This document shows positions 1-11,991 of a DNA stretch of 32,872 bases, in pieces. Made by a program: the position numbers and the translations under genes. Where the stretch lies: NCBI GenBank assembly GCA_964035545.1, contig CAXIUT010000018.1:21224-54095 (forward strand), read 5' to 3'. Position 1 is the stretch's first letter. Each line of letters opens with the position of its first letter. Under the pieces are notes generated by a model. That model was not told the DNA's origin. It was given only the letters and a program-made list of their open reading frames with translations, and searched no databases. The DNA is from Bugula neritina. Lineage: Eukaryota > Animalia > Bryozoa.

Positions 1-1
1 C

Positions 2-307
2 TATTTTTATAGTACGTCTAAGGGGAAAACATTTAATTAAAAGTATTAGAGGATGAACACTGAAGGAAATTAAGAGAGACACCTTAAAAATATTCAAAAA
101 AATATGACCTTTTCTTAACTATGTTGGTAAAAGAAATTGGAAAAAAACAATTTAATAAGAGCAAAGTAAGGGGAAATAACTTATTCAAAAATCAATAAAG
201 TATTTTACAACTAGAAAGGCAAGGTTCTCCTTAACAAGCTTTACTCAAAAAATTTCTAGACGATGCCGTTGAAACTTGTATTAGACAAAGTTCTTGACTA
301 TTTTTGA
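2..307 (+). CDS. 3' part of a hypothetical protein (5'-truncated by window start)
   Basis: Frame 2 is open from the window start to TGA 305-307 when TAA/TAG are read as sense; ends ...MPLKLVLDKVLDYF*. Confidence 0.55.
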
Positions 308-325
308 TTGTTTATAAGTTTATTA

Positions 326-770
326 ATGAACAAATCAAAATAAAAAGAAAAAGGAAAAGCTCTCAATAAGAAAGACAAGGAGAAGCTACGAGAAAGACAT
401 AGAAGAGAACTTGAGGAGGCCAGAGTCGAGCAGGAGAAAGAACAAGCTCGTCAGCAATGTATTTAAGTTATGATGTAGTGGAATGTTTTAAAGAAGACTG
501 GAGTTGTTAATGCCTATGAACAGTTTTTTGAGGAGTATTTGTAAGAATGGATTGCCATAGCCGAGTAATGTCTATGAATTTGCTGCTCAATTCGTTTTAA
601 AATATGAGAAGAAGATGAAAGATAAGCAGAGCAAGCGGGAATAGATCCTTGAATACAACTCATAAGCTCTTAAAGTCAATAATAAGCGATAGCCAAGTAT
701 AAAAGAAAACAGAAGATAGCTTAGCATAAAGGAAAAAGATGGGGAATCAGTCAGGAAGGGAAAAAACTGA
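326..770 (+). CDS. Small charged hypothetical protein (~140 aa) with a probable 20-nt intron at 459-478 and two apparent +1 insertions
   Basis: ATG 326 gives MNKSKEKEKGKALNKKDKEKLRERHRRELEEARVEQEKEQARQQ, continuing to ...LRSICKNGLPEPSNVYEFAAQFVLKYEKK... and TGA 768-770. 445 nt minus a 20-nt intron minus 2 extra bases (GG at 480-481, T6 at 524-529) gives 141 codons. Confidence 0.6.
459..478 (+). other. Probable 20-nt spliceosomal intron
   Basis: GTATTTAAGTTATGATGTAG fits the GTA...A15...AG consensus of the other introns. Nearby indels make the frame test ambiguous. Confidence 0.55.
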
Positions 771-802
771 TACGAATATACATTGAGGTAATAATCTATT
801 AT

Positions 803-884
803 TCATAACTTTTGGTATTTCTTTTTACTCATAACTTTTGGTATTTCTTTTTATTTATAACTTTTGATATTTCTTTTTATTTAT
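803..884. repeat. Intergenic tandem repeat, 26-nt unit x3
   Basis: TCATAACTTTTGGTATTTCTTTTTAC at 803 and 829, with a degenerate copy at 855. Confidence 0.9.
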
Positions 885-977
885 ATTAATTTTAAGATTA
901 TTTTGTTTGACTTGAATAAAAATGATTATATTGAAGATAATTTTAATTAATTCAATAGATAATTGATATAAAATCCT

Positions 978-2050
978 ATGAAGCAACTGTGCATTGTGAT
1001 GTTGGGGATCGTGTTGTCGATATCTACGGTGATACCTCATATTGATCCTATAGTTAGTCATAGTCCATTGACTTTCAAGGTGCAAATTGATGATCCTCCT
1101 CTGGTTCGTTGGAGGCCCATTCTTAAAACTTATAATTAGAGTCTTCATCACTTTGTTCATTTTATTGATTTATTGCCTATTCCGAAAGATTTCTATGATG
1201 GAGTTGAATGGTATGCTAAAAATGAGTTCAAAGTACCAAGATTTTTGTTGCTTAAGTTGATGCTGTTGCTACATTGAGTGGAATACCTTTCTAGAAAGTG
1301 ATGTTTCTCAATTTGCTATACGAATTTACAACTGTGAAGGCCTGCACTGGAATTATATTGAGAAATTCTGATGGCAAAAATAATTCATGGACGTAATTGG
1401 GATTTCTAAATGTACCATTTACTAGCCAATGTTATGACCAATCTTTAATACTACAAGGGAGATCAACTACTTTGGAAGGAAGATACTATCGTAGGCAGCG
1501 TCTTTTCTATGACTGGTGTTAAGCCTGGATCATTTTGGTATTAGTACTAACGCAAGGAAGCCAAGGTCTATGACTGATACTCTTATTAGTGTATTGAAGC
1601 AAAATAACATTCCGGCTCTTTGGTTGGTTTAGAAAGGTGTTTTTTGGAGGAAACTGACTATCAGAAGGCTACCTAGCGACTCAGAAACACTAACGTTTCA
1701 TGTCCGATATATTTTATTGTATCTGGTTTGAAAGGAAATGAAGGAATGGTCATTGAAAAGGATACTAACGATACCAATGCCTATTATGAATTGAGTGACT
1801 ATATGTGGTTTTTTGATACAGACTAACTATGATCGAGATGAGGCAGATCCTTAGACTGATGCTAGGAGGGTTCCAACTGAGGTGAAAACTGGGCAAGAGA
1901 GGGAATAGCAACTTTGGGGAGCAAACACTATTGGATGAGTTTATGTTCAAATGGCCCAACTTCAACATAGCTACTATTTTTACAGATATAATGGTGCCAT
2001 CAAGTGGATACAAAAATACAACTATCTGGTACGGATAGAATCCTCAGTGA
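978..2050 (+). CDS. N-acylethanolamine acid amidase / acid ceramidase family (Ntn cysteine hydrolase), secreted or lysosomal; 8 apparent homopolymer +1 insertions
   Basis: Signal peptide MKQLCIVMLGIVLSIS. Family motifs: LNLLYEFTTVKA-CTGII (nucleophile Cys at 1343), IHGRNWDF, TGVKPGSFGISTNAR, YFIVSGLKGNEGMVIE, QTNYDR, D.RR. 1073 nt minus 8 extra bases gives 355 codons ending in TGA. Confidence 0.85.
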
Positions 2051-2190
2051 TGATTATCAGCTATTCAATTCTATAAGTTAATAGATTTAAATATAGAGAT
2101 ATTTAGAAGATAATAATAAATAAATATTTATTCAATAGATGATAATAAGTAGATTTGAAAGTAAGTTAATTATTGAATATTTTTATAAGC

Positions 2191-3692
2191 ATGGGATGTT
2201 ATTCAGAATTATAAACATATTTATAAAAATGCACATTTGAAAAGCACTATATAAAAAAAATTTTTCATTAAATATAAACGATGCTTGATCTTCAACCAGA
2301 ACAACCTTTCAATATGCAAAGCAATTAGATAAATTAGCAACTTAACTATCCTCAACTACTAAAATCAAAGCATAATTTAAGCAATATTCAAGTAGAGAGC
2401 AAGAATAAATCCCAGAAAAGTTAGATAATATTTGATCGTAAAAATTTATTAACTATATTTTTCAGAAACAATATAGTATCTAGAGCCCATTATAAGGCAG
2501 CAACTAACTAGAATCCTAATTATGAGAACTTTTATAATTTTTTATTGAAGGAAATGATATTTATTTAAAAACCAAACAGTAAAGTCATAGAAGATAACTA
2601 AGATAAGAAGTTTAATCCTAAGAAAAGCAATGGATTAATACTGTTCTTTCTACACTACCACAGACTAAAACAAATGAATAGCATTTATAAAAAAATAAAC
2701 AAAAGACTTAATAAAGAAGACACAAGTCGATATTTCTAGGGTAGGTCTACCTCTACCTTCATCAAGAATGAATTCACAATTTATCAATCAACTTTTTAGT
2801 CACTCTAAATTCAAATAGTTTTATTTATAATATGTTAAAAACTCCTTCTTTACTACAATATCTATAAAAAATCAATAGAGTTGTCGTCAAAGCCTTTTAA
2901 TCTAATTTAAAACTATTGGATAATTAAGGAGGACTTGATCAAGTTATTGACAAGTATTTGAATGGAAGCAAAGTTCCTTTGTTTTTATGTCCAAGTTAAA
3001 CAATATCTTAAAGAAGCTAAGGAAATCGCTCAGGAAGTAGTCTAAAAAGGAACCTATCTCAAAAGAAAAACTAATAAGTAAGTATCGAAGAAGCAAGAAG
3101 TAGTCTAAAAAGGAACTTGCCTTTAGACAAAAACTAATAAGTAAGTATCGAAGAAGCAAGAAGTAGTCTAAAAAGGAACTTGCCTTTAGACAAAAACTAA
3201 TAAGTAAGTATCGAAGAAGCAAGAAGTAGTCTAAAAAGGAACTTGCCTTTAGACAAAAACTAATAAGTAAGTATCGAAGAAGCAAGAAGTAGTCTAAAAA
3301 GGAACTTGCCTTTAGACAAAAACTAATAAGTAAGTATAAAAGAAGCAAGAATAACAATCTAAAACGAGTTGTGGCAGTTAACCAAATAAGATCTAAGTTT
3401 AATTAGGATTATAAGTTTCATCGAAGTAATAATATATTAAGTCAATTGAAAAAAACAATAAGATCTAGATGTTAAAAAACACTATCAAAATATGTTCATT
3501 AGTAATTATCTAAAGTGGTATCATAATTTGAAAGAACTAAAGATATTTAAAGAGCTAGATTAGGAAAAAGCTTATAAGAGTATAATAGTAAATTGGTTTT
3601 ATCCTCGAAAAAAGGCATGACAATGGTTAACGTCAATGGAAAATATCACGAAGTTAATTTCGAATAAATATTACCCAGAATTCCTCAAATGA
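2191..3692 (+). CDS. Hypothetical protein with internal 21-aa repeats; frame disrupted by probable indels, 3' end uncertain
   Basis: ATG 2191 opens a TGA-free frame for ~250 codons (MGCYSELETYLEKCTFEKHY...). Protein-like reading continues in shifted frames through the 63-nt repeats to ~3690. Confidence 0.45.
3034..3350. repeat. 63-nt tandem repeat x5 (inside CDS)
   Basis: GAAGTAGTCTAAAAAGGAACTTGCCTTTAGACAAAAACTAATAAGTAAGTATCGAAGAAGCAA at 3034 (degenerate), 3097, 3160, 3223 and 3286. Confidence 0.95.
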
Positions 3693-3700
3693 TCTTTTAC

Positions 3701-3732
3701 TATATTATTTATTATTTATTTATTATTTATTT

Positions 3733-3808
<76 letters not shown>

Positions 3809-3812
3809 TTTT

Positions 3813-3879
<67 letters not shown>

Positions 3880-3908
3880 TTATTTATTTATTATTTATTT
3901 TATTTATC
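3701..3908. repeat. (TTAT)n microsatellite between convergent gene ends
   Basis: About 200 nt of imperfect TTAT/TTATT repeats. Confidence 0.95.
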
Positions 3909-3927
3909 TAATATCAAATATCGAATA

Positions 3928-5837
3928 TCACATTTTGACTACTTTGATGACAACCTATCCTTATTTAGTTGCGTATATAATTTTTTTTTCTTTCAAATAA
4001 ACTCGATTGATTTCCATTTATTTTTTGACTATCTATTATCTCCAATGATTTATTTTAATCAAACTTTGCTAATAGATTTGATTTATTTTTATTAAATAGT
4101 AAGTACAAGCCATTTCTATTCCAATAATAATGATTGAGCTGATCATTTGAAATTATTTTATTTTTGACTTTTCTAAATTATTGATTAAGAATAGTCATTT
4201 ATCCATTGTTTAATAGGTAGAAGAGTTTGGAAGAGGGATCTGAGATCCAGTTGGTGTTATTTTTGGTGCTATCTTTGTAGAGGTTGATAAGGTAGTTTTT
4301 TTTTCTCCAATCTACTCCGAATAAAGTCCCATTCAGACCTATATACAACTATTTATTTGACTTGCTAAAAGGAGTAAAATTACCCTAGACTTGTAGACTT
4401 GAAAACTGGTATTCTTTTTTAGATATCGAATGACTTGAGTCGTTGGTTTTTTGAAGGAGATGTTGATTTTGGTTATTTCTATCGCTTTATTAAAAGACAA
4501 GAGGAATGCTATCAAATTTACAAAAATAGTCTTTATCAAGGGACCTAAGGTAGTGATCTCTTGTACTCAAGTAAATCCCACCAGCAATAATGCTCATGTG
4601 TTAAATACCTGCTCTAAATGAAACTACGTTTTAGTGATGATACTGTCCCTATTCCTAATAGATTCGATTGATACTATAATCTAGAGACGACGTATAGATG
4701 TGATCTGCCACCAGAATATTTGTTACTTTATGCTTATGTACTTGATGTTTGAATATGGTCTGGCTAGGTTTAGTCAATAAATCTGGAGGCTCTGCTTCAA
4801 ATATTTTTGATAAACTTTTTGCATTATTAGACCTCTAATACATCTATGAAACCACCTCTTTCTTTGACATCTATGGCAATATCTCTTTCTTCCATGTCTA
4901 CGAAACCACCTCTTTCTTTGTTATCTATGAAACCACCTCTTTCTTTGACATCTATGACACCACCTCTTTCTTTGACATCTATGACACCACCTCTTTCTTC
5001 CATGTCTATGACACCACCTCTTTCTTGGATATTGATTTTTTCCTATTGGATAGCTCCTTCCTTTCATTGATCTTTGAAGATGATTATAGTTTTTTGGATG
5101 ATTTGCTTTTAGATCGGTTTGTTTTGTTTTTTATCTACAAAAGAATGGTTTCTATTCAGAGGCAATTCGACTGAAAGGTTATTGCTATACTTTAAATGCT
5201 ATGTTTGAATATGATTTTCTCTACTTATGGCTTAAATATGCTTATTTTGATTTTATTTGGTGAAGTAGACTTTGCTTTTCTACGTCAGATTGCTGCTTTT
5301 TCTACGTCAAGTTGTTGGTTTTTGACGTCAGGTTGTTGGTTTTTGAGATCAAGTTGTTGGTTTTTGACGTCAGGTTGTTGGTTTTTGACGTCAGGTTGTT
5401 GTTAGCTGGTGGAAAAATGGCACTTTGATGCTATTTGTTGAAGGTTTTTCGTTAGTTGGTCCAACTTCAACATATATTCATTGCCTCTGCTGGCCTAGAA
5501 TTGGTCTTCTAGCAATGATAAGGGACCCATCCTTGAAAACTATTTTGTTATTTATAGAGAAGATGGTACTAGTTCTTTGAGGGTGTTTTTGAGAGAATTG
5601 GATGTGTTGGTGTTGAGAGGTTTATTTTTGTAGTTCACATTCTTTGTTATACGATTGATGTGATGAGGATTGGTGCTTTCCTGGTAAAAGGGAATGGTTT
5701 TTTCCTGGATGAGGAGATTGCTGTTTTACTGGATGAGGGGAATGAGTTTATTGAGACTGTTTTTGGAAGGTGGTGAATTATTCATTGTTCTGGCTCACTC
5801 TTACCTTTCGTTAGTACTATTTTTGAATTCTTTTCAT
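3928..5837 (-). CDS. Hypothetical protein: low-complexity N-half with 7-aa and 9-aa repeats and a C-terminal WD40/beta-propeller-like region; probable indels
   Basis: Candidate ATG at 5837. Repeats QQPDVKN and KERGGVIDV. The segment HKHKVTNILVADHIYTSSLDYSI resembles a WD40 repeat. Terminal TGA at 3930-3928. Some frame switches are needed. Confidence 0.5.
4842..5030. repeat. 27-nt tandem repeat x~7 (coding on minus strand, KERGGVIDV-like)
   Basis: Repeated TCTATGACACCACCTCTTTCTTTGACA with variants. Confidence 0.9.
5280..5405. repeat. 21-nt tandem repeat x~6 (coding on minus strand, QQPDVKN-like)
   Basis: Repeated TTTTTGACGTCAGGTTGTTGG with variants. Confidence 0.9.
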
Positions 5838-5856
5838 TGCTATCTATAAAAAGTGA

Positions 5857-6157
5857 ATATTAACTTTTGAAGATTAACTTTTGAGTATTAACTTTTGGAT
5901 AATAACTTTTGAAGATTAACTTTTGAGTATTAACTTTTGGATAATAACTTTTGAATAATAACTTTTGAAGATTAACTTGATATTTTGATAATAACTTTTG
6001 AATAATAAACTTTTGAGTATTAACTTTTGAGTATTAACTTTTGGATAATAACTTTTGAATAATAACTTTGAATAATAACTTTTGAGTATTAACTTTTGAG
6101 TATTAACTTTTGAGTATTAACTTTTAAATAATAACTTTTGAATAATAACTTTTGAAT
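5857..6157. repeat. Intergenic minisatellite of ~13-14-nt units with core TAACTTTTG
   Basis: About 20 imperfect copies such as ATTAACTTTTGAGT and ATAACTTTTGAATA. Confidence 0.9.
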
Positions 6158-6159
6158 AT

Positions 6160-6315
6160 CGAACAAATAATACCAGTAATAATAACAGGAATAGCAATAA
6201 TAACAGAAATAATAATAGGAATAGTAATAATAAAAGTAATAATAATAACAGGAATAAGAACAGAAATAGCAGAAATAATAACAGTAACAGTGATAATAAT
6301 GAAAATAAGAATAAA
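6160..6315. repeat. AAT-rich degenerate triplet repeat directly after the stop codon of the minus-strand gene
   Basis: Mosaic of AATAATAACAGG, AATAGC and AGTAAT; explains the spurious Tyr-rich and Ile-rich ORFs in the track. Confidence 0.8.
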
Positions 6316-7374
6316 TCATGGTTTTCTGGCAGTGGTGTTGGTGGTGGTGATATTTTTGGGTGAAAATATTCCTGTTCTGGTCTTTGCAGATATTATATTA
6401 TTTTTTTGATGGCTCTTAATGGATTGTATTTATAAAGATTTAATTCTACTGTAATGATTATGTTGTTTGATTTTACTTTATAAAGTTAAATAGTATTTAT
6501 TCTATTATCTTTTGTTATTATTATTTTTTTATATAACTGATCCACTAGTCTGAGCTTTGAATATATTGAGTTGAGAGAAGGAAGGGGTTTTCTTTTGTTT
6601 TAGTTTGTTGATTTTTTTCATTTTTCTATAAAAATTGTTGGCCAAGTGTTTTGTACTCTTTTTTTTTAATTAGATTTTATCCTTACTATCTTTCTTTTAT
6701 GATTGAGTTAGTCTCATTTAGTTCAAATTCATATCTATTTTACTTTTTTATTGTTTCTAAATCAGTAAGTTCAGGTATTGGTTCATTCTTGGGTTGAGGT
6801 TGTCTGAGGTGAACTGAAATGGTTTGTTCTTGGTTGTTTTGTTGGGTGATCGAGTTGTTTATTTCGTAGGAAATAGTTGAACTTTTTTTTAGACCTTGTG
6901 CTTTGACTGGTTCTGGTGGACCTATTCGAGAAGTAGGTGTTATGTTGAGATTGAGAAGTTCGAGGTCTGCTGATGGTTTGCGTGAATAGTTTTTATTCCT
7001 CTTTTGGATGATTTAGAATTGTTTTTTTTCTTTGGTATTTGATGAAATGGAGTAGGTCTTGTTGCTAGTCGATAGTCTACAGTCCTCTATATTTCTATGT
7101 GTATTATGAAACTTAAATAGTGATTGAATACATTTGGTTTAAATGCTATGGGATTGTGATTCTATTTTGAATATTTTAGGTTTTATTCTGTTCTTTAGCA
7201 TCATCCTGCGAGTGCTATCTTTCACATAGAGCTTTTGACCTCCAATTGCCTTCTAAGTGTTTATCAAATGTCTTGTCTACTCGCCTAAATCTATCGTCTG
7301 CTTTTCTTTTCTCATCGATTTAATAAAATTATATTATCCCATCTAATCATTATCTTACAACTTTTTATCTTCAT
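6316..7374 (-). CDS. Hypothetical basic low-complexity protein (~340 aa); 5' end uncertain
   Basis: One frame is TGA-free from ~7343 to TGA 6318-6316 (...RRMMLKNRIKPKIFKIESQ...TTARKP*). The start requires a small intron or indel near 7340-7374. Confidence 0.55.
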
Positions 7375-7454
7375 GCCATTTATTCACAACCTTATCGCTA
7401 TTTGTTGCTCTTTGTGACTACTAATCTAAATATTATTTAATAATAGGATTATAG

Positions 7455-7934
7455 ATGAAGAGTTCAGGTGGATTTTAATTGGTTAGAAACGAGTAGAACA
7501 GTATTTAGCAGAGACCTAGCGGTGTATTTTAGTATTCTAACTATGAACCAGTTCCATTGGCTAGTTTCAAAGGCAAATCATAACAAGCATTACAATTTTA
7601 TTCCAGTTAAGTTAATAAACTAACATACTAAAATGGTCTTCTAAATAAAGATTTGAGAACGGTTCTGCAGGAAAAGAAAGAACTGGCTGATATTGTAGCT
7701 TCTTTTAGGTAGGATTAGAAAGAAAGTGATGAGGCTAATAAGCGAGTCAGGAGGTGTGCTAATGAAATTTCTAGGAGTTTTGTCTGTGCTGTCAGTGGTT
7801 GTCAAAAATCTTATGGCAGTGAGGGGTCCATGGCTCAGCATATGAAAAGTAAACATCCTGGAATCATGTAAAATTAAAGTTAAAAAAAGTTGTCTAAACT
7901 TAAATAAAATAAAAAAGAAATCAAATAAGAATGA
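7455..7934 (+). CDS. C2H2 zinc finger protein (159 aa), putative transcription factor
   Basis: Intact 160-codon frame from ATG to TGA. Coiled-coil then KRVRRCANEISRSFVCAVSGCQKSYGSEGSMAQHMKSKHP (C-x4-C-x12-H-x4-H). Confidence 0.85.
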
Positions 7935-8057
7935 TTAAATTTATAGTTCAAATTTATTCAATAACCATCTACAGTCATTGATAGCCATTGAAAACCATCT
8001 ACAGTCATGGATATCCATTGATACAATATATAGTCATAAATAATCAATTTAGATAGA

Positions 8058-11000
8058 TCAATCTATCTTTCTTGGTACATTTTATTAATATTTTTTCAAA
8101 CTTAATTTCTTGCTTAAAGTAAGAGCTCTTTTGCCAATAAACATCATCAGCAATACAATCAGTCCATTAAGAGTTGACGCAATGATGTTTCTAGCTACCA
8201 AACTAGAACTGGCTAGAGCTGATTCTACAGTAGAAAACAAGATAAGAGTAGTAGCTTAATTGAGTAGAGTCATGGCTAGTAGGATGAGATAGAGTTTGCC
8301 AAACCCATAGGAATCACTGACGAACCAGATGATTCCTATGAAGGGGCAGATGAGGTTGACCAAGAGGTAGGGGACTTGTATTTTGACCGACCAAACAAAG
8401 ACAAGCATAGTTTGCATAAGAATGAACAAGCTTTGTAGGAACTTGATGGTGTATTAGTCGTAGTGAGTGGTTTGATGGCAAAAAAGGTAGTATCTCATTC
8501 TAGCGAGGCAATAGACTATTTTTCTGCCTAATGTATTCTCTTTCTGGTGAGAATGCTATCCTTGTGGAATGCTATAGATAAGAGAATCTCTAATAGACTC
8601 TTATATTCTTTACTTTGATGATTCTTCTTGTATTCTAATCTATGATTCTTATTCTTTCACCATTTCTTGCTCTGGATTATAGACAAATAAAGATAGCTTT
8701 ATTGTATAACTATTCTTTTTGCTCTATTCCAACTTCTTCTCAAAAAATTAGACGAATTGGTCTTTGTCTCTGTATCTATTTATTCTTACTTTGTTGTTGC
8801 CACTTGCACATCGTTATCGATTATTGTCCCTTCTAATAATCGAGATATCATTACCAGCATATCTACTTGGACTGTCATTAAATTGAAAAATTAATTGTTC
8901 CAGAGATCGATCAATTCAGTGAGATTCCAAAGTACTGAGATGATGGAGTCGATAGGAGCTGAGAGATCGAGAGTGCATGCCAAGGTATTTAGTTTTCTTA
9001 AAAATCTTAGGAGCTATTGTGAATTTTTTTGTCTTCTTTTCTGGCTGACCATGTTTTTGAAAAGTCTTGATTTTTAGTCTCCTGAATCTGAGAGAGAAGT
9101 AAGATTGCGGCTGATGACAAAGAACATCATTCTGAAGAAGACATCTTGTTATTCTAGGTAGAAAGGCCGTAGGAAGTTTCCTTAGCCTGAGAGGTAGATG
9201 ATGAAAGGGGAGTTGAGAGTGAAGTATCTGGTATCTGCTCTTTAGTAGACGAAGAAATCGAGGTAGCAATTGGTGTAGTCTTTATTTTTGGAGAATTTGA
9301 TGGTCAAGATGCTTCTGTCTTAATAATCATAGTTGTTTAAGAGATTGTAATCTTTGGCGTGTTCCAATTTGATGTATAGCTTTCCATATTTTCTTTTTTT
9401 GACTTTATCTAAATAGTACCAATAGAAAGGATAGATAAGTCCTGATAGTTTAGTGAGCCAGTATTAACAGTTGGTCCATTTGGCTTCTTAGTTGAATCTT
9501 TATGCGAATCCTTTGAAAACTTGTGGATGTACATATTTTTTTACTTAATCCGGTACTGTAGCAGGTAGTATCCATGGAGATTATTCCGTATTACTTCCAA
9601 AACAACTTATTCTATGTACATGGTACATTAATTAATGTGGTTTGATGTTTGAACTTTGTCTAAGCTCTAAAGCTACTATTTTAGCCTTCTAAATATCCTT
9701 TTTAACGTCTTCTATTTTGAAATCATCACTCGACATTATTCTTTCCCTTTTTATCTTCTTTTTAAGAACTGCTCCGATAATTGTAAAAATAATCAGAGAA
9801 GCTGCATATAGAGCAAATGCTAAAATAGATATACTACCTGGTGTTATCCAGACCTCTATTTATGGTGATTGTTAGACTTTATAACATTCATAGACAAATT
9901 AATTGCCTGTTGTCTAGTTGTTAAATTATAATTAGGATCTCTGAGGGCATGGTCGACATATTGGGTCTCCTAAACTGCTGTAATGACCTGATGGACATGA
10001 CTGACAACCTAAATAGTAGGCTTGATGGCCTGGCAGACATGTCCTCCCGTAAAATATGCCATTAGAATAGGTACTTTCGTCTGGACTGTTACTTTGGTAT
10101 CCTTCATTGATATTTATCCAAAGGAGTTATCGATAGTGAGGAGTTGCAAGGTTGGCAAATGACATTTTGATTAGTCCGCCACTGCCAGAGCCATTATTGT
10201 TGGTGCTGTTTCCTCCAGCTGCTGAAATGTTATTGTATCCGTATCCATTTAGAGTCTATGATGTGATGAAGATGGTCCCTCCACTGCCTGCACTTAGTTT
10301 ATCTATTTAGCCGACACTTCCTCCTGATGCTTGAAGATGGGAGGAGGAAAAGGTAACATTTTACTGTGCGAGTATGAAAATGATTCCTCCTCCTGCTCCA
10401 CTTAGAGATTAAGGAGAACTGTAGCCGTATCCTCCTGAGCCGGTTGCAAGATAGGGTCCTTTACCCATGTATGGTAGTGAGTGGCTCAGAAACATGAAAT
10501 ATTGGACAACATCTGAGCAGAGAGAGGAGTTAGAGATAGATCCATAGCCGCAACTAGAACTACCAGAAGTGCAGAATGTGTTTTGGAATTGTATGTTAGT
10601 TCCTCTGCCTCTACCTTGATTGGATTTACATGATTGAGCCGAGGTGTTGAGGTCAGATTCTTAGAAATTTATGGTTCCAAGAGAGAAGAGTGAAATGGAT
10701 ACAGTAGTCAGGATTGATTCTATGAAATTGATGTTTGATGAAGAGAGCAAAAAGACAGAAAAGTCAAGTTATCCGATAGCTTATACATCCATGGTGTTCA
10801 TCATGATGGTGATGTTGTTGGAATATTCATGGACGTTGATACTTTAATAGAGACAGAGTCGATAGTCTGTGTTGATAGCTGATTCTTGGATTATGATTGA
10901 GTACATTCCGATGATGATTAGTTTGGTGGTCTGAATGATTGCTTGTGTAATCATCGTGGTAGCATTAAATATGCTGGTATTGCTTTCGTTTTAAAGCTAA

Positions 11001-11370
11001 AACGTCGTATTTTCACTGATGTTATTGCTGCGGATCAGTATGTTGCCTTCTACTTGAATATCCCCTGTTATTGTGAGGTTTTAAATAACTGTTTTAGTTA
11101 AAAAGTACCAACAATGTTCAAATTAAACTTGACTGTCATATTTTGAAGCTAAATAGAGGAGCCATTAAGAGATAGGCCTGTAAATTAACCTTATAAATGG
11201 AAGGAATTGGCAGATAAGTTGAGAGGGGATGGACAACTATAGTTGGTGGTTGCTTATGAAATGATTAAGGTGGCATTCGGGCAGATAGGTTAAGTTGAGT
11301 TGCAGTTGAAAGTGGGAGGTAGGCGGCATGTGAGTGAGGTTGTTCCTACTAATAGTAGCAATATGAGCAT
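8058..11370 (-). CDS. ~1100-aa membrane protein: signal peptide, Gly-rich (GSGG/GAGGG) ectodomain, Cys-rich ephrin-receptor-like segment, TM helix, conserved cytosolic domain, C-terminal TM helices
   Basis: MLILLLLVGTTSL start. Motifs TGSGGYG, GAGGGIIFI, AGSGGTIFI, GSGSGGLI; CLPGHQ..GCQSCPSGHYSS..CRPCP; YHVHRISCFGSNTEESPWILP. TGA at 8060-8058. Length 3313 nt is not a multiple of 3, so at least one indel or intron is present. Confidence 0.75.
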
Positions 11371-11394
11371 TATTATTTGATAATATATAAATGA

Positions 11395-11817
11395 TCATTT
11401 TGTTTTTTTGAAGAGTTTCGGTCTGAATTTTCTTCCTTCTTAGCAGGTTCTGCAGATGGAAGGTTCGACTGGTTTGAGTATTTTTTTGAATTTTTAGAGA
11501 GAGTGAGGTTGGCTTTTGATATTAAGAGTGGAGAGTTGTTGGAAGTGAGGACTTTTGACTTTTAAACAAGGCGATATCAGATCTTGACATTTGAATTTAG
11601 AAGCCGAGATGTGACTGCTTGATATTTTATAGGTCTATGCTTCAGTGGAGAGAGAAGGAGTAGAACTAAATGATTTTCTGGGAGAGGATTAAGAAGGTAG
11701 GAGGTAACGATGCTGTTTTTACTGTTGGGAAAGGCGGTTAAAGACAATTTGTTTGAGAGAAGTAAATTATTTGGAGGAAAAAGGTAGTTTTTTAATCTTT
11801 AGAGAATTGCTTCTCAT
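11395..11817 (-). CDS. Hypothetical basic Ser/Lys-rich protein (140 aa)
   Basis: Intact 141-codon frame MRSNSLKIKKLPFSSK...RPKLFKKTK*. Confidence 0.6.
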
Positions 11818-11991
11818 CAATGAATAATAGAATATTAGCAGAGAGAGTTTATAATTAAAGATGTCATTGAATAAAGATGATAATTAGAGATAATGATGAC
11901 ATAAAGGGATAAATAGGTTATTTAGTGGTGAGATAAAGATGTAATGGGTCAGATAAAATTGATAATAGCTGGACAGGATAGATAAAAAAGA

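Noticed and set aside
1376-1383. Euplotes-type programmed +1 frameshifting at AAA-TAA
   Set aside because: AAA TAA is not in the incoming frame, TAA is a sense codon here, and most other shifts occur in T runs with no shared motif.
3034-3350. Tandem arrays (also 30282-30504 and 32649-32803) as CRISPR arrays
   Set aside because: There are no unique spacers and no cas genes, and the context is eukaryotic. The coding arrays have unit lengths divisible by three.
7501-7519. Possible 19-nt GT..AG intron in the zinc-finger gene
   Set aside because: The ORF is intact without splicing and the sequence lacks the A15 consensus.
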